In this document: positions 7,883 to 15,711 of the stretch, one piece after another
How the letters are laid out: every line of letters begins with the position of its first letter
Numbering within the stretch: the first letter of the stretch is position 1
Assembly (NCBI GenBank): GCA_964577555.1
Contig: CAZNZM010000010.1
Location: forward strand, 6,796 to 38,795
Source of the DNA: an uncultured archaeon
Lineage (GTDB): Archaea; Iainarchaeota; Iainarchaeia; Iainarchaeales; Iainarchaeaceae
Direction: 5' to 3'
Length of the DNA: 32,000 nucleotides
Translations under genes and position numbers: made by a program
The notes under the pieces: generated by a model
The model's input: the letters and a program-made list of their open reading frames with translations, nothing else
What the model was told of the DNA's origin: nothing
The model's database searches: none

Positions 7883-9061
7883 TTATGCAAACATTCTTTG
7901 CTCCGGTTTTTCTTCCTGCTTTTTTGAAAGTTTTTTTATCGCCTCATCAAACTCTTTCATACTAACAGAATTTTTATTTTTCCGCAAAGCGAACATTCCT
8001 GCTTCCGTGCATATTGCTTTAATGTCTGCCCCAGTATGTCCTTCTGTTATTTCAGCTAGTTTTCTTAAATCAACGTTTTTTTCAATGTTCATTTTTTTTG
8101 TGTATATTTCAAATATTTTTATCCTTGCTTCAAATTGGGGTGGCGATATTTCAATAATTCTGTCAAAACGCCCCGGCCTGAGCAATGCTGGGTCAATCAT
8201 GTCTATTCTGTTTGTTGCGCCTATGATTTTTACTCCTTTGATTTTTTCAAATCCGTCCATTTCAGCCAATAATTGCATTAATGTTCTCTGCACTTCCCTG
8301 TCCCCGTTTGCTGTCATGTATCTGTGCGATGCAACAGAATCAATTTCATCAATAAAGATTATTGACGGCTTTTTTTCTTTTGCAAGGCTGAATAGATCCC
8401 TGACAAGCCTTGAACCTTCTCCTATGTATTTTCTTACCAAATCTGAACCTGAAAGCGAAATGAATACTGAATTGGTTTTGTTGGCGACTGCCTTTGCAAG
8501 CATGGTTTTTCCAGTGCCAGGAATTCCATACAACAATACTCCGTTTGGTGGTTCTATGCCAAGTTTCTCAAATTTTTCCGGTTTTGTCAATGGAAGTATA
8601 ACAGCTTCTTCCAATTCCTGTATCTCCTTTTCAAGTCCGCCAATTTGTTCAAATGTAGTATCAGGTTTTTCAATTATTTCCATTGCATTTACCCGCCAAT
8701 CCCTGCTTTCAGGAAAAACTTGGGTTATACTCAATGTTCTTTGATTCATAGCCACTCTTTTGCCGGGTTCAAGCAAAGGCGCAAGTTCTGAGAGTGCTTT
8801 GACTAAAAAATCCATTCCATTGCTGTTTCTGACAATTACGTATCCGTTTTGCAATACTTCAACTATTGTCCCGACAATAAGTGGCGGGGATTTCAGTTCG
8901 TTCAATTCCCTTCTTGCCCTTTCAAGATCCAATTGCAATTGTGATATTCTTGCATTTGTAACTTGTCGTTCAATGTGTAAATTTCTTAATTCTTCTTCCA
9001 AACTAAAAGCGTAATCGTATTGTTTTATTTCTGGTCTTTTTGTTTCATTTGTGTTAGCCAT
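7883..9061 (-). CDS. pan: proteasome-activating nucleotidase (PAN, Rpt-like AAA+ ATPase)
   Basis: 392 aa. N-terminal coiled coil (LRNLHIERQ...LERARRELNELK), OB segment PPLIVGTIVEVL, Walker A GIPGTGKTMLAKAVA, Walker B IIFIDEIDS, second region of homology GATNRIDMIDPALLRPGRFDR. Confidence 0.93.
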   Translation of the reverse strand: MANTNETKRPEIKQYDYAFSLEEELRNLHIERQVTNARISQLQLDLERARRELNELKSPPLIVGTIVEVLQNGYVIVRNSNGMDFLVKALSELAPLLEPGKRVAMNQRTLSITQVFPESRDWRVNAMEIIEKPDTTFEQIGGLEKEIQELEEAVILPLTKPEKFEKLGIEPPNGVLLYGIPGTGKTMLAKAVANKTNSVFISLSGSDLVRKYIGEGSRLVRDLFSLAKEKKPSIIFIDEIDSVASHRYMTANGDREVQRTLMQLLAEMDGFEKIKGVKIIGATNRIDMIDPALLRPGRFDRIIEISPPQFEARIKIFEIYTKKMNIEKNVDLRKLAEITEGHTGADIKAICTEAGMFALRKNKNSVSMKEFDEAIKKLSKKQEEKPEQRMFA

Positions 9062-9104
9062 GAGGACACTTCTTTTGTGTTTTCAATCTGAACAAGTTTA
9101 AATT

Positions 9105-10613
9105 ATGAATTTAATATTAATAACTAACGGTTTGCATTGGTTTTTAAATGAAACTCTAACCAGTCTTTTAAGCAATAAATGTTTGGCGCGTGATGTTTTA
9201 ATGACGGATTTTTTCGCTTTGCTTTTTGTTTTTCTAATAATTTCTGTGGTTGTTACTTTTGCAATAAAGAAGTTAACTTTGCAAGAAACTTACTATGTAG
9301 CTTCTCTGATTAGAACAACCAAGCCAATAAAGTTTTTTTCAAGAATGGCTAGACATACAAGGTTTTTGGATTTTATTTCAACTGCAGGCCTGATACTTGG
9401 CTTTGGAACTTTTGCGATAGATTATCTTTATGGGTCAAAGCTGAGAGGTTGGAAAAGGTATTTTCTCAATTTGGCTGGCTTTTTAGTGCTTTCAGGGTTG
9501 ATGTTTTTAATAGATTTTTTTGGCGGAAATATTTTTTCAAAAAATGCCATGATGGGAAATGCATATCCTTTATTCATAGCTTCGTTTGGTTTGCTTGGTT
9601 TTGCAGGATTCACCCTTTTTGCACTTTTAATGCAAGCAATTGACATAATAATAAAATATTTTGCAGGTTCAAGAGCGTGTCCGGGTGTTGCTCCTTTGAT
9701 TCCCGGAGTTGAAGTTCCAAACGTGCCAATCACGCCGCCGCTTCATGCCTGGATTTCTTTGATAATAATATTAATAGTGCATGAAGCAATGCATGGCATT
9801 GTAGGAAGCAGACATGGTTTCAGAATAAAATCCACTGGTGTAATACTTTTTGGCTTTCTTCCGATAGGTGCTTTTGTAGAACCTGATGAAAAGGAGCTTG
9901 AAAAAGCCGAGCCAAAAAAATTGTTGCCTTTCTTGGCTGCAGGACCTGCTGCCAATCTAACACTGATGGTTATTGTCGGTTTTTTGGTCTTAGGGCTTGT
10001 TTTAATTTCAAATCCGCTTACTGATTATTTGTATCCTGGCGTGGCAGAAAAGCTTTCCAACGGGGTAAAAGTCGTAAAAGTCAATGATTCCGTGAATTTT
10101 TGTGGTTCGACATATCCTGCGACAGCAAAAGGTTTTTTGTTTGAAGGGGACATCATAAAAAAAATTGATGATGTTGAAATAAAGAGCATTCATTCAATGT
10201 TGTCCGCATTGCAAAAAAACAAGTTTGAAGAAAAAAAATTTGAAGTTGACAGAAATGGTGTTGTTGAAACTTTCAAAATAACTCCAAATTCTTTAGGACA
10301 ATTTGGATTCATGGCAGAGGCAATAAAACCAAAAGACGCTCAATTGCCAGCTGGTTTTTCAACCTATGTTTTTTTGTTTTCGTTTATAGTGGAATTTCTT
10401 TATTGGTTGTTCATTTTGAATTTGCTTGTAGCTGCAATAAACTTTTTGCCAATGAATCCTTTTGACGGAGGCAGAATAGCAGGCGTGATATTTTCACACT
10501 ATGCCACTTTTTTAAGCAAGGATGAAAATGAAAGAAAAAAGAAAGTGCAAAAATATTTGGTTTATATAATATTCTCAATTCTTTTGATTAACGCGTTGCC
10601 ATTGTTTTTCTGA
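9105..10613 (+). CDS. site-2 protease family (M50) membrane metalloprotease with PDZ domain
   Basis: HEAMHG (HExxH) within a hydrophobic helix, PDZ-like GVKVVKVND...GDIIKKIDDVEI, and a second metal/substrate motif NFLPMNPFDGGR. A TATA-like tttaaatta at about 9095-9103 overlaps the first ATG, so the in-frame ATG at 9201 (MTDFFALLF) may be the real start. Confidence 0.85.
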   Translation: MNLILITNGLHWFLNETLTSLLSNKCLARDVLMTDFFALLFVFLIISVVVTFAIKKLTLQETYYVASLIRTTKPIKFFSRMARHTRFLDFISTAGLILGFGTFAIDYLYGSKLRGWKRYFLNLAGFLVLSGLMFLIDFFGGNIFSKNAMMGNAYPLFIASFGLLGFAGFTLFALLMQAIDIIIKYFAGSRACPGVAPLIPGVEVPNVPITPPLHAWISLIIILIVHEAMHGIVGSRHGFRIKSTGVILFGFLPIGAFVEPDEKELEKAEPKKLLPFLAAGPAANLTLMVIVGFLVLGLVLISNPLTDYLYPGVAEKLSNGVKVVKVNDSVNFCGSTYPATAKGFLFEGDIIKKIDDVEIKSIHSMLSALQKNKFEEKKFEVDRNGVVETFKITPNSLGQFGFMAEAIKPKDAQLPAGFSTYVFLFSFIVEFLYWLFILNLLVAAINFLPMNPFDGGRIAGVIFSHYATFLSKDENERKKKVQKYLVYIIFSILLINALPLFF

Positions 10614-10744
10614 CGCTGTTAAATACAATTTTTTTTGGACAAGACATTTTTTTTTATGATTTATGCTTTATCATTTATTTTAAATTAAAAAAATTTATTT
10701 TCAACAGATTTGAAGTCTACATGTTTTTTTTAAATAAAAATTAG

Positions 10745-10764
10745 TGGCGGCTTTTGAGCCGCCA
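10745..10764. terminator. GC-rich hairpin between convergent site-2 protease and ftsZ genes
   Basis: tggcggc-ttttga-gccgcca forms a 7-bp perfect stem, flanked by an A run on + and a T-rich stretch on the minus strand. It sits 11 nt past the ftsZ stop. Confidence 0.5.
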
Positions 10765-10775
10765 AAAAATATTTT

Positions 10776-11837
10776 TTACAAGTAATCCAAGTCAACGTCT
10801 CTTTTTGATGCTTTTGATTTAGCGTCTTTGCTACTCTTTATGTATGGACTGTGTACTCCTGTAAAGATGCAAATTACTTCAATTTTGTTTTCAAATGTTG
10901 AATCAACTCTTGCACCCCAAATTACTGTTGCTCTTGGATCTATTCTTTCAGTAAGCAATTCCCCTATTTGGTTTGCTTCTCCAAGCGTCAACTCGGCTCC
11001 GCCAGTAATGTGTATTAAAGCACCTGTTGCACCGCCAATGTCAACGTCAAGCAAAGTGTTATTGAGTGCATCGTCCACAACTTCATTTACCCTGTCCACG
11101 CCTTTGCTTTCACCAACAGCTATAACTGAAAGACCTTTATTGCTCATGATTGATCTTACATCAGCGTAGTCAAGGTTTATGAGTGATGGTTGTGTTATTG
11201 TTTCGGTGATTCCTCTTACTGTTCTTGCGATTACTTCGTCTGCTACTTTGAATGCGTCTTGTATTGGCAGGTTTGGTACTAATTGGACAAGTCTGTTGTT
11301 GTCAATTACAATGACCGTGTCAGTGACTTGCTTTAGCGCTTCAAGTCCTTCTTCAGCTTTGATCATTCTTGCCCTTTCGAGAGCAAATGGATAAGTGACC
11401 ATTGCAATAACAATTGCTCCTTGCTCTTTTGCAATTTGAGCCACAATAGGAGCAGCGCCAGTTCCTGTTCCGCCACCCATTCCTGAAGAAATAAAAAGCA
11501 TGTCAACTCCTTCAAGGACTTCTTCCAATGCAGCCCTGCTTACTTCAGCAGCCTTTGCACCTATCTCAGGATATCCGCCAGCGCCAAGGCCTCTTGTAAC
11601 AGATTTTCCTATCAGTATTTTGGTTATCTCGTCGTTTATGATTGCCAAGTGTTGTTTATCAGTGTTAATGGCTACAAGTTGCGCTCCTGAAATTCCCATG
11701 CTTGCCAGCCTGTTAACTGCATTACACCCGGCTCCGCCTGCACCAATGACCATTATTTTTGGTGTGCCAAATTCCTCCAATTTATCTTCTTTTTTTTCCG
11801 ACGCCGTTGAAATGGCGCTCTCTACAACTGATTTCAT
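10776..11837 (-). CDS. ftsZ: cell division GTPase FtsZ
   Basis: 353 aa with GAGGAGCNAVNRL and the tubulin signature SSGMGGGTGTGAAPIVA. GGAGGAGAGGTGA ribosome binding site upstream of the ATG. Confidence 0.96.
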   Translation of the reverse strand: MKSVVESAISTASEKKEDKLEEFGTPKIMVIGAGGAGCNAVNRLASMGISGAQLVAINTDKQHLAIINDEITKILIGKSVTRGLGAGGYPEIGAKAAEVSRAALEEVLEGVDMLFISSGMGGGTGTGAAPIVAQIAKEQGAIVIAMVTYPFALERARMIKAEEGLEALKQVTDTVIVIDNNRLVQLVPNLPIQDAFKVADEVIARTVRGITETITQPSLINLDYADVRSIMSNKGLSVIAVGESKGVDRVNEVVDDALNNTLLDVDIGGATGALIHITGGAELTLGEANQIGELLTERIDPRATVIWGARVDSTFENKIEVICIFTGVHSPYIKSSKDAKSKASKRDVDLDYL

Positions 11838-12241
11838 GTGTGGTTCACCTCTCCTCCAAAAGTTTTGTACAATTTTGATTTTTGATAAATGAATCTTTTT
11901 TGCTTTTGAATAAAAAAGCTTAGATTCTTGTATAAATGTTGCTGAACTCCTTTATATGCGTTTTGTTTTTGATATAAGGCACTATTAACGTTATTTTACT
12001 TCACTAAACAAAAAACACACAAAAATTTTATGTATATTATTAATTTTTTGATTAATTCATTAACTCTATACTGATAAAAGCATTAACTCATCTTTGTTTT
12101 TAAAAAAAAGTGTTAAAAAGGCTTATTTTTCTTAATAGGTTGCTTTTTTTTGGTTTTTTGTTAAGTATTTTTTCGTTTTTTGGCTAAGTTTTAGTTCAAT
12201 TTTTATTCTAAATTTGTAAAATTTAAACGCCGAATTTAAAT

Positions 12242-12250
12242 ATTTATAAG
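12242..12250 (+). promoter_or_regulatory. TATA box for the SRP RNA gene
   Basis: atttataag lies about 20-25 nt upstream of the predicted SRP RNA 5' end, the usual archaeal TATA-to-start spacing. Confidence 0.5.
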
Positions 12251-12266
12251 TTTAAATTTAGTATTT

Positions 12267-12545
12267 GTGGGCTAGTTCGGAGAGGTAGCGGCTCTCTGTT
12301 GCCGGCAACCCGCTTCAGCCGGGAACGAAGCCACTGAAGAGGCATTAACCATATATTGATGCCTTGCCAGTACTGTGAACTTCTGCTCTTAAAGACTGGC
12401 TGTTTGGGCCAACCCCGCTAGGCCTGGAAGGGAGCAACGGTAACTCATTCAGTCGGTGCTTTAAGGTAAACGGAAGCGAGGAGAGGTTAAGGGTAAACGT
12501 CTTTATGTGGTTGCTGTCCATTTGGTGGCGCGCCCACACTCTTGC
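12267..12545 (+). ncRNA. signal recognition particle RNA (archaeal 7S/SRP RNA)
   Basis: Contains the universally conserved helix-8 core aaccccgctaGGCCTGGAAGGGAGCAACGGtaac (12411-12444), close to the M. jannaschii and E. coli SRP RNA cores as I recall them. 5' gtgggc (12267-12272) can pair with 3' gcccac (12532-12537) as helix 1. The region is GC-rich in an AT-rich genome. Exact ends are uncertain by about 10 nt. Confidence 0.85.
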
Positions 12546-12589
12546 AAAAATTATAAAAAAAATACATTTCATTTATACATTTCATTTTT

Positions 12590-13261
12590 TTTTACTTGGT
12601 TTTTTTTGTAAGTTTTTTTTGTCTTGTTTTTTCGAGCCGTTTTTTGTCATTTTTTTGAATTCTTTTTTTTTTAATTATTTTTTTTTGCAAGTCATTTTTT
12701 TTTCAGTTGTTTTTTTTTGTGAATTTTTTTTTATTTTGTTTTAATTGTTTTGTTTTTGTTTTGGCTGGTTGTTTTTTTTTGTTTCTTTTTTTTGAGTTGT
12801 TTTTTTTAGATGTTTTTTTTTCGAGCCGTTTTTTGTCATTTTTTTGAATTCTTTTTTTTGCGAGCCAATTTTTTTTGTTTTGTTAGTCAAGTTTTGTTTT
12901 TTTTACGAGTCTTTTTTTGATAATTTTTTTTATTTTTTGATACTTGTTTTTTTTGGTGAGCCACTTTTTTGCCATTTTTCTTTTTTTTGAATTCTTTTTT
13001 TTGCGAGCCAATTTTTTTTGTGAATTTGTTTTTTTTTATTTTGTTTTAATTATTTTTTTGTTTTTTTGAGGTTTGTTTTTTTGTCGGCTATTTTTTTTAT
13101 TTTTTTTGCTTATTTTCAAGTCAATTTATTTTTTTTAATTGTTTTTTTTGGCAAGCCATTTTTCGTTTTTTTGCTTGGCCAAGTTTTTTTGTCTTGTTTT
13201 TGCGAGACAATTTTTTTTGTCATTTTTTTTGAATTTTATTTATTTTTTTATGATTTGAATT
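12590..13261 (+). repeat. oligo(T)-punctuated mosaic repeat island B
   Basis: About 670 bp of T6-T10 runs separated by recurring words. Internal duplications: cgagccgttttttgtcatttttttgaattc at 12633 and 12822; gaattcttttttttgcgagccaattttttttg at 12846 and 12989; gtgaattt...attttgttttaatt at 12719 and 13021. The track lists no minus-strand ORF of 60 aa or more inside it. Confidence 0.8.
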
Positions 13262-13723
13262 TTATTTTTTTCTTCGGTATTGTTTTTTTATTTTTCCAGA
13301 CAATTTGCGTGATTTATTTTGCTTTTTTATGACATTTTTTTCTTTTCTTTTTTTGCTTGTTTTTTTGCCTTTATTTTTTTCACTCTTTCCAACAACCCTG
13401 TTTTTCGGTTTTTTCCACGCTTCAAGCGCAGCATCAATTTTTTTTCTTTGTTCGTTTCTTCTTTTTTCTCTTTCATCAAGCTTTGCGATCAACGAATTAT
13501 ATTTTCTGTGAACTTCTTCGCTGTGTTTTAATGCATTTTTTAAAGAAAGCTCCAAATGCCTTTCTTCCCTCTCTTTATGCAAACCATGAAAAACCCTGTG
13601 TAAAAAACCCAAAGCAACAGAATTATCCGCTTTTGTCTTTCTATATTTGGCTCTTTCTGAATGATGTTTGCTTAAACTTAAATATTTCCTAAATTTAATA
13701 TAATGCTTTTCGTGTTTTTCCAT
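13262..13723 (-). CDS. hypothetical basic coiled-coil protein with Lys-rich C-terminal tail
   Basis: 153-aa ORF, His/Lys/Arg/Glu rich (HKEREERHLELSLKNALKHSEEVHRKYNSLIAKLDEREKRRNEQRKK). The C-terminal 45 aa are mostly K. It lies 29 nt downstream of the 336-aa gene on the same strand. No family recognised. Confidence 0.55.
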   Translation of the reverse strand: MEKHEKHYIKFRKYLSLSKHHSERAKYRKTKADNSVALGFLHRVFHGLHKEREERHLELSLKNALKHSEEVHRKYNSLIAKLDEREKRRNEQRKKIDAALEAWKKPKNRVVGKSEKNKGKKTSKKRKEKNVIKKQNKSRKLSGKIKKQYRRKK

Positions 13724-13752
13724 ATGTGTATAAGCAATACATTTAGTGTTAT

Positions 13753-14763
13753 TTAATTCTTTTCAACTTTGTTTTTAAGGCTTTTTTGCACAGCTTCAAT
13801 TATAAATTTTATGATGGCGGCATAAACCCCTGCAATATTTGCGGCAATAACATTAAAGTAAATTGCAAGAGTGGTTGCCACGCCAAAAGCAACCAGAACA
13901 GAATAAAAATTAGTTATAAGCTCTATTTCTTTTGACGATTTTTTAATAGTGTCATAATTTATTTTTTGTCTGATTTCATTATTGCTTTTACTCAATTCTT
14001 CCGCAATTTTTTTCTTTGTTTCAGGATTGTCAATTGAAGAGGCAGTGGCATCAATCATTGCAACGAAAGCCTTTACATCAGGATCATTTTTTTGTCTTAG
14101 ATTATTGAACTGTTCTGTATTCATTATTCCAACCATCAACATTCTCTGTATGTTTAACGCTTGATCAGCTCCCGCTAAAGCCAAGTCTTTTGAGCCAAGC
14201 ATGTTCGAAGCTGTTTTTTCAACAAGCCCGTCAAATAATTCTTTTGTATATTTTTCATTGTTAGGAAAACCAATCAATGTTAATATTAGAAAAATCCCTA
14301 TTGTAAATACTAAAAATCCTTTTTTTGCTGATTCGGTTCCAGTTCTAAAACCAATTAAGTTTTTTATTTCGGATTTTCTAAAATAACTATAACCACCAGT
14401 AATTGCAATTGCGGGGATGATCAGAAAGGACAAAAAAACGGATTTTAATTCAATTCCAAACAATAATAAGTAAACCAGCCAACCAATAAATGCCCCTAAA
14501 CAGGCGCCTACAAGCACGTCTATTTTGTCTTGGCTGTGGCTTAATCCTGAAACAAGTCCAAACGTGATTGGCATGAAGAAAGTAAATGCAATTATCCAAG
14601 GAGATAAAACTGTTTCAGGCAGTTTTTCCAAAGACTTGAAGCTCAACCAGTCTATTTCCATTACCCCTGAAAAACTCAAAAAAATAGACCATATTATAAT
14701 TGAAAATGAAATTGCTCCAGTAAAGATTAATATTTTTTTAATATCAGCCATGATTTCACTCAA
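13753..14763 (-). CDS. hypothetical polytopic membrane protein
   Basis: 336-aa ORF with about five N-terminal TM helices, a ~110-aa polar helical insert (LGSKDLALAGADQALNIQRML...KKIAEELSKSNNEIRQKI) and a C-terminal TM. TATA-like aaatttaaataaaa on the minus strand about 40 nt upstream. Confidence 0.65.
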   Translation of the reverse strand: MSEIMADIKKILIFTGAISFSIIIWSIFLSFSGVMEIDWLSFKSLEKLPETVLSPWIIAFTFFMPITFGLVSGLSHSQDKIDVLVGACLGAFIGWLVYLLLFGIELKSVFLSFLIIPAIAITGGYSYFRKSEIKNLIGFRTGTESAKKGFLVFTIGIFLILTLIGFPNNEKYTKELFDGLVEKTASNMLGSKDLALAGADQALNIQRMLMVGIMNTEQFNNLRQKNDPDVKAFVAMIDATASSIDNPETKKKIAEELSKSNNEIRQKINYDTIKKSSKEIELITNFYSVLVAFGVATTLAIYFNVIAANIAGVYAAIIKFIIEAVQKSLKNKVEKN

Positions 14764-14882
14764 AACAATGTCTGATATTTTATTTAAATTTTTTACCTTT
14801 AAATTAGGATTCTGGAACCAAGCTTTTTAGAGAGTTTTATAAATCTATGGAAAACCATATTATTAATCATATTTTGATTTGA

Positions 14883-14955
14883 GCCGAGGTAGCTCAGCAG
14901 GTGGAGCGTCCGGCTGTTAACCGGAAGGTCGGTGGTTCAAATCCACCCTTCGGCG
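14883..14955 (+). tRNA. tRNA-Asn (anticodon GTT)
   Basis: GCCGAGG-TA-GCTC-AGCAGGTG-GAGC-G-TCCGG-CTGTTAA-CCGGA-AGGTC-GGTGG-TTCAAAT-CCACC-CTTCGGC-G. Complete cloverleaf, followed directly by cttttttatttg. Confidence 0.93.
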
Positions 14956-15711
14956 CTTTTTTATTTGTTTCTGAATCCAATTTTTTTGTCTTTTGGCTTG
15001 GTTATTCTTGGAGCCTGTTTATTTTATTTTTTTTTTGATTTTTTTGTTTTTTTTGTTTTTTTTGTCAAGTTGTTTTTTTTTATTTTTTTTATTTTGGTTT
15101 TGTTTTTTTTGTGAGCCATTTTTTTTGTGGTTTTTTTTGGTTTTTTTTGTGGGATGATTTTTTTTGTCATTATTTTTTTTTGTTTTTTTTGTGAGCCAAT
15201 TTTGTTTTTTTTTGTTTTTTTTGTCAAGTTGTTTTTTTTTAGACTTTTTTTTTATTTTTTTTTAATTATTTTTTTTAAATTGATTTTGTTTTTTTTTGTT
15301 TTATTTTATCATTTTTTTTGAATTATTTTTTTTCTTGGTTTTTTTGTTTTTTTTGGTATTGCTAGCCATTTTTTTGTCATTATTTTTTGTGAGCCATTTT
15401 TTGTTATTTTTTTTGTGATTTTATTTTTTTTATTTAAATTGTTTTGTCTTTTTTTGTGGCTTGTTTTTTTGATTTTTGTTTTTTTTGGCGAGCCGTTTTT
15501 TTTGTGGGGCAATTTTTTTTGTTATTTTTTTTGTGGACTTGTTTTATTTTTTTGTTTTTGTTGGCTTGTTTTTTTGGAGAATTTTTTTGGCAAGCCGTTT
15601 CGGACTTATTTTTTTTGCTTTGTTTTTTGCTTGTATTTTTTTCAGCATTTTTTTGAATTTGTTTGTTTTTCATTTTTTTGTTTGGCCTTTTTTTATGGTT
15701 ATTTTTTAATT
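14956..15711 (+). repeat. oligo(T)-punctuated mosaic repeat island C
   Basis: About 755 bp of the same architecture. Recurring words include gtgagcca (15111, 15191, 15389), gtcaagttg (15064, 15224), gtcattatttt (15166, 15376), ggcgagccg (15487) and gcaagccg (15590). Bounded by the tRNA-Asn 3' end and the stop codon of the 276-aa gene. Confidence 0.8.

Noticed and set aside
7875-8744. Long + strand ORFs antisense to real genes (for example 7875-8744 opposite PAN, 2504-3049 opposite malic enzyme, 18466-19062 and 19399-19896 opposite VirB4, 15962-16546 opposite the 276-aa gene, 10828-11892 series opposite ftsZ, and 11-2073 series opposite the HerA-like gene)
   Set aside because: Each overlaps a strongly motif-supported gene on the other strand and has Ser/Phe/Leu-rich composition typical of antisense frames in AT-rich genomes. 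No motifs or ribosome binding sites.
11838-13261. AT-rich non-coding DNA around the SRP RNA as a replication origin (DUE plus ORB boxes)
   Set aside because: I found no ORB-like inverted repeats or G-strings and no orc1/cdc6 gene nearby. The only small repeat is cattaactc x2 (12058-12066, 12081-12089). AT-richness alone is uninformative in this genome.
15024-15673. Lys-rich minus-strand ORFs in island C as real genes (15024-15227, 15309-15512, 15434-15673)
   Set aside because: A runs encode Lys in every frame, so such ORFs arise automatically. Two of them overlap in different frames. Sister repeat copies differ by non-triplet T-run indels, and island B has no equivalent ORFs. I keep this as an open question in the findings, not as features.
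7575-15711. The repeat islands as CRISPR arrays
   Set aside because: There is no constant-length repeat alternating with unique spacers of constant size. The recurring words are 5-9 nt and embedded in homopolymer runs, and no cas genes are present in the window.
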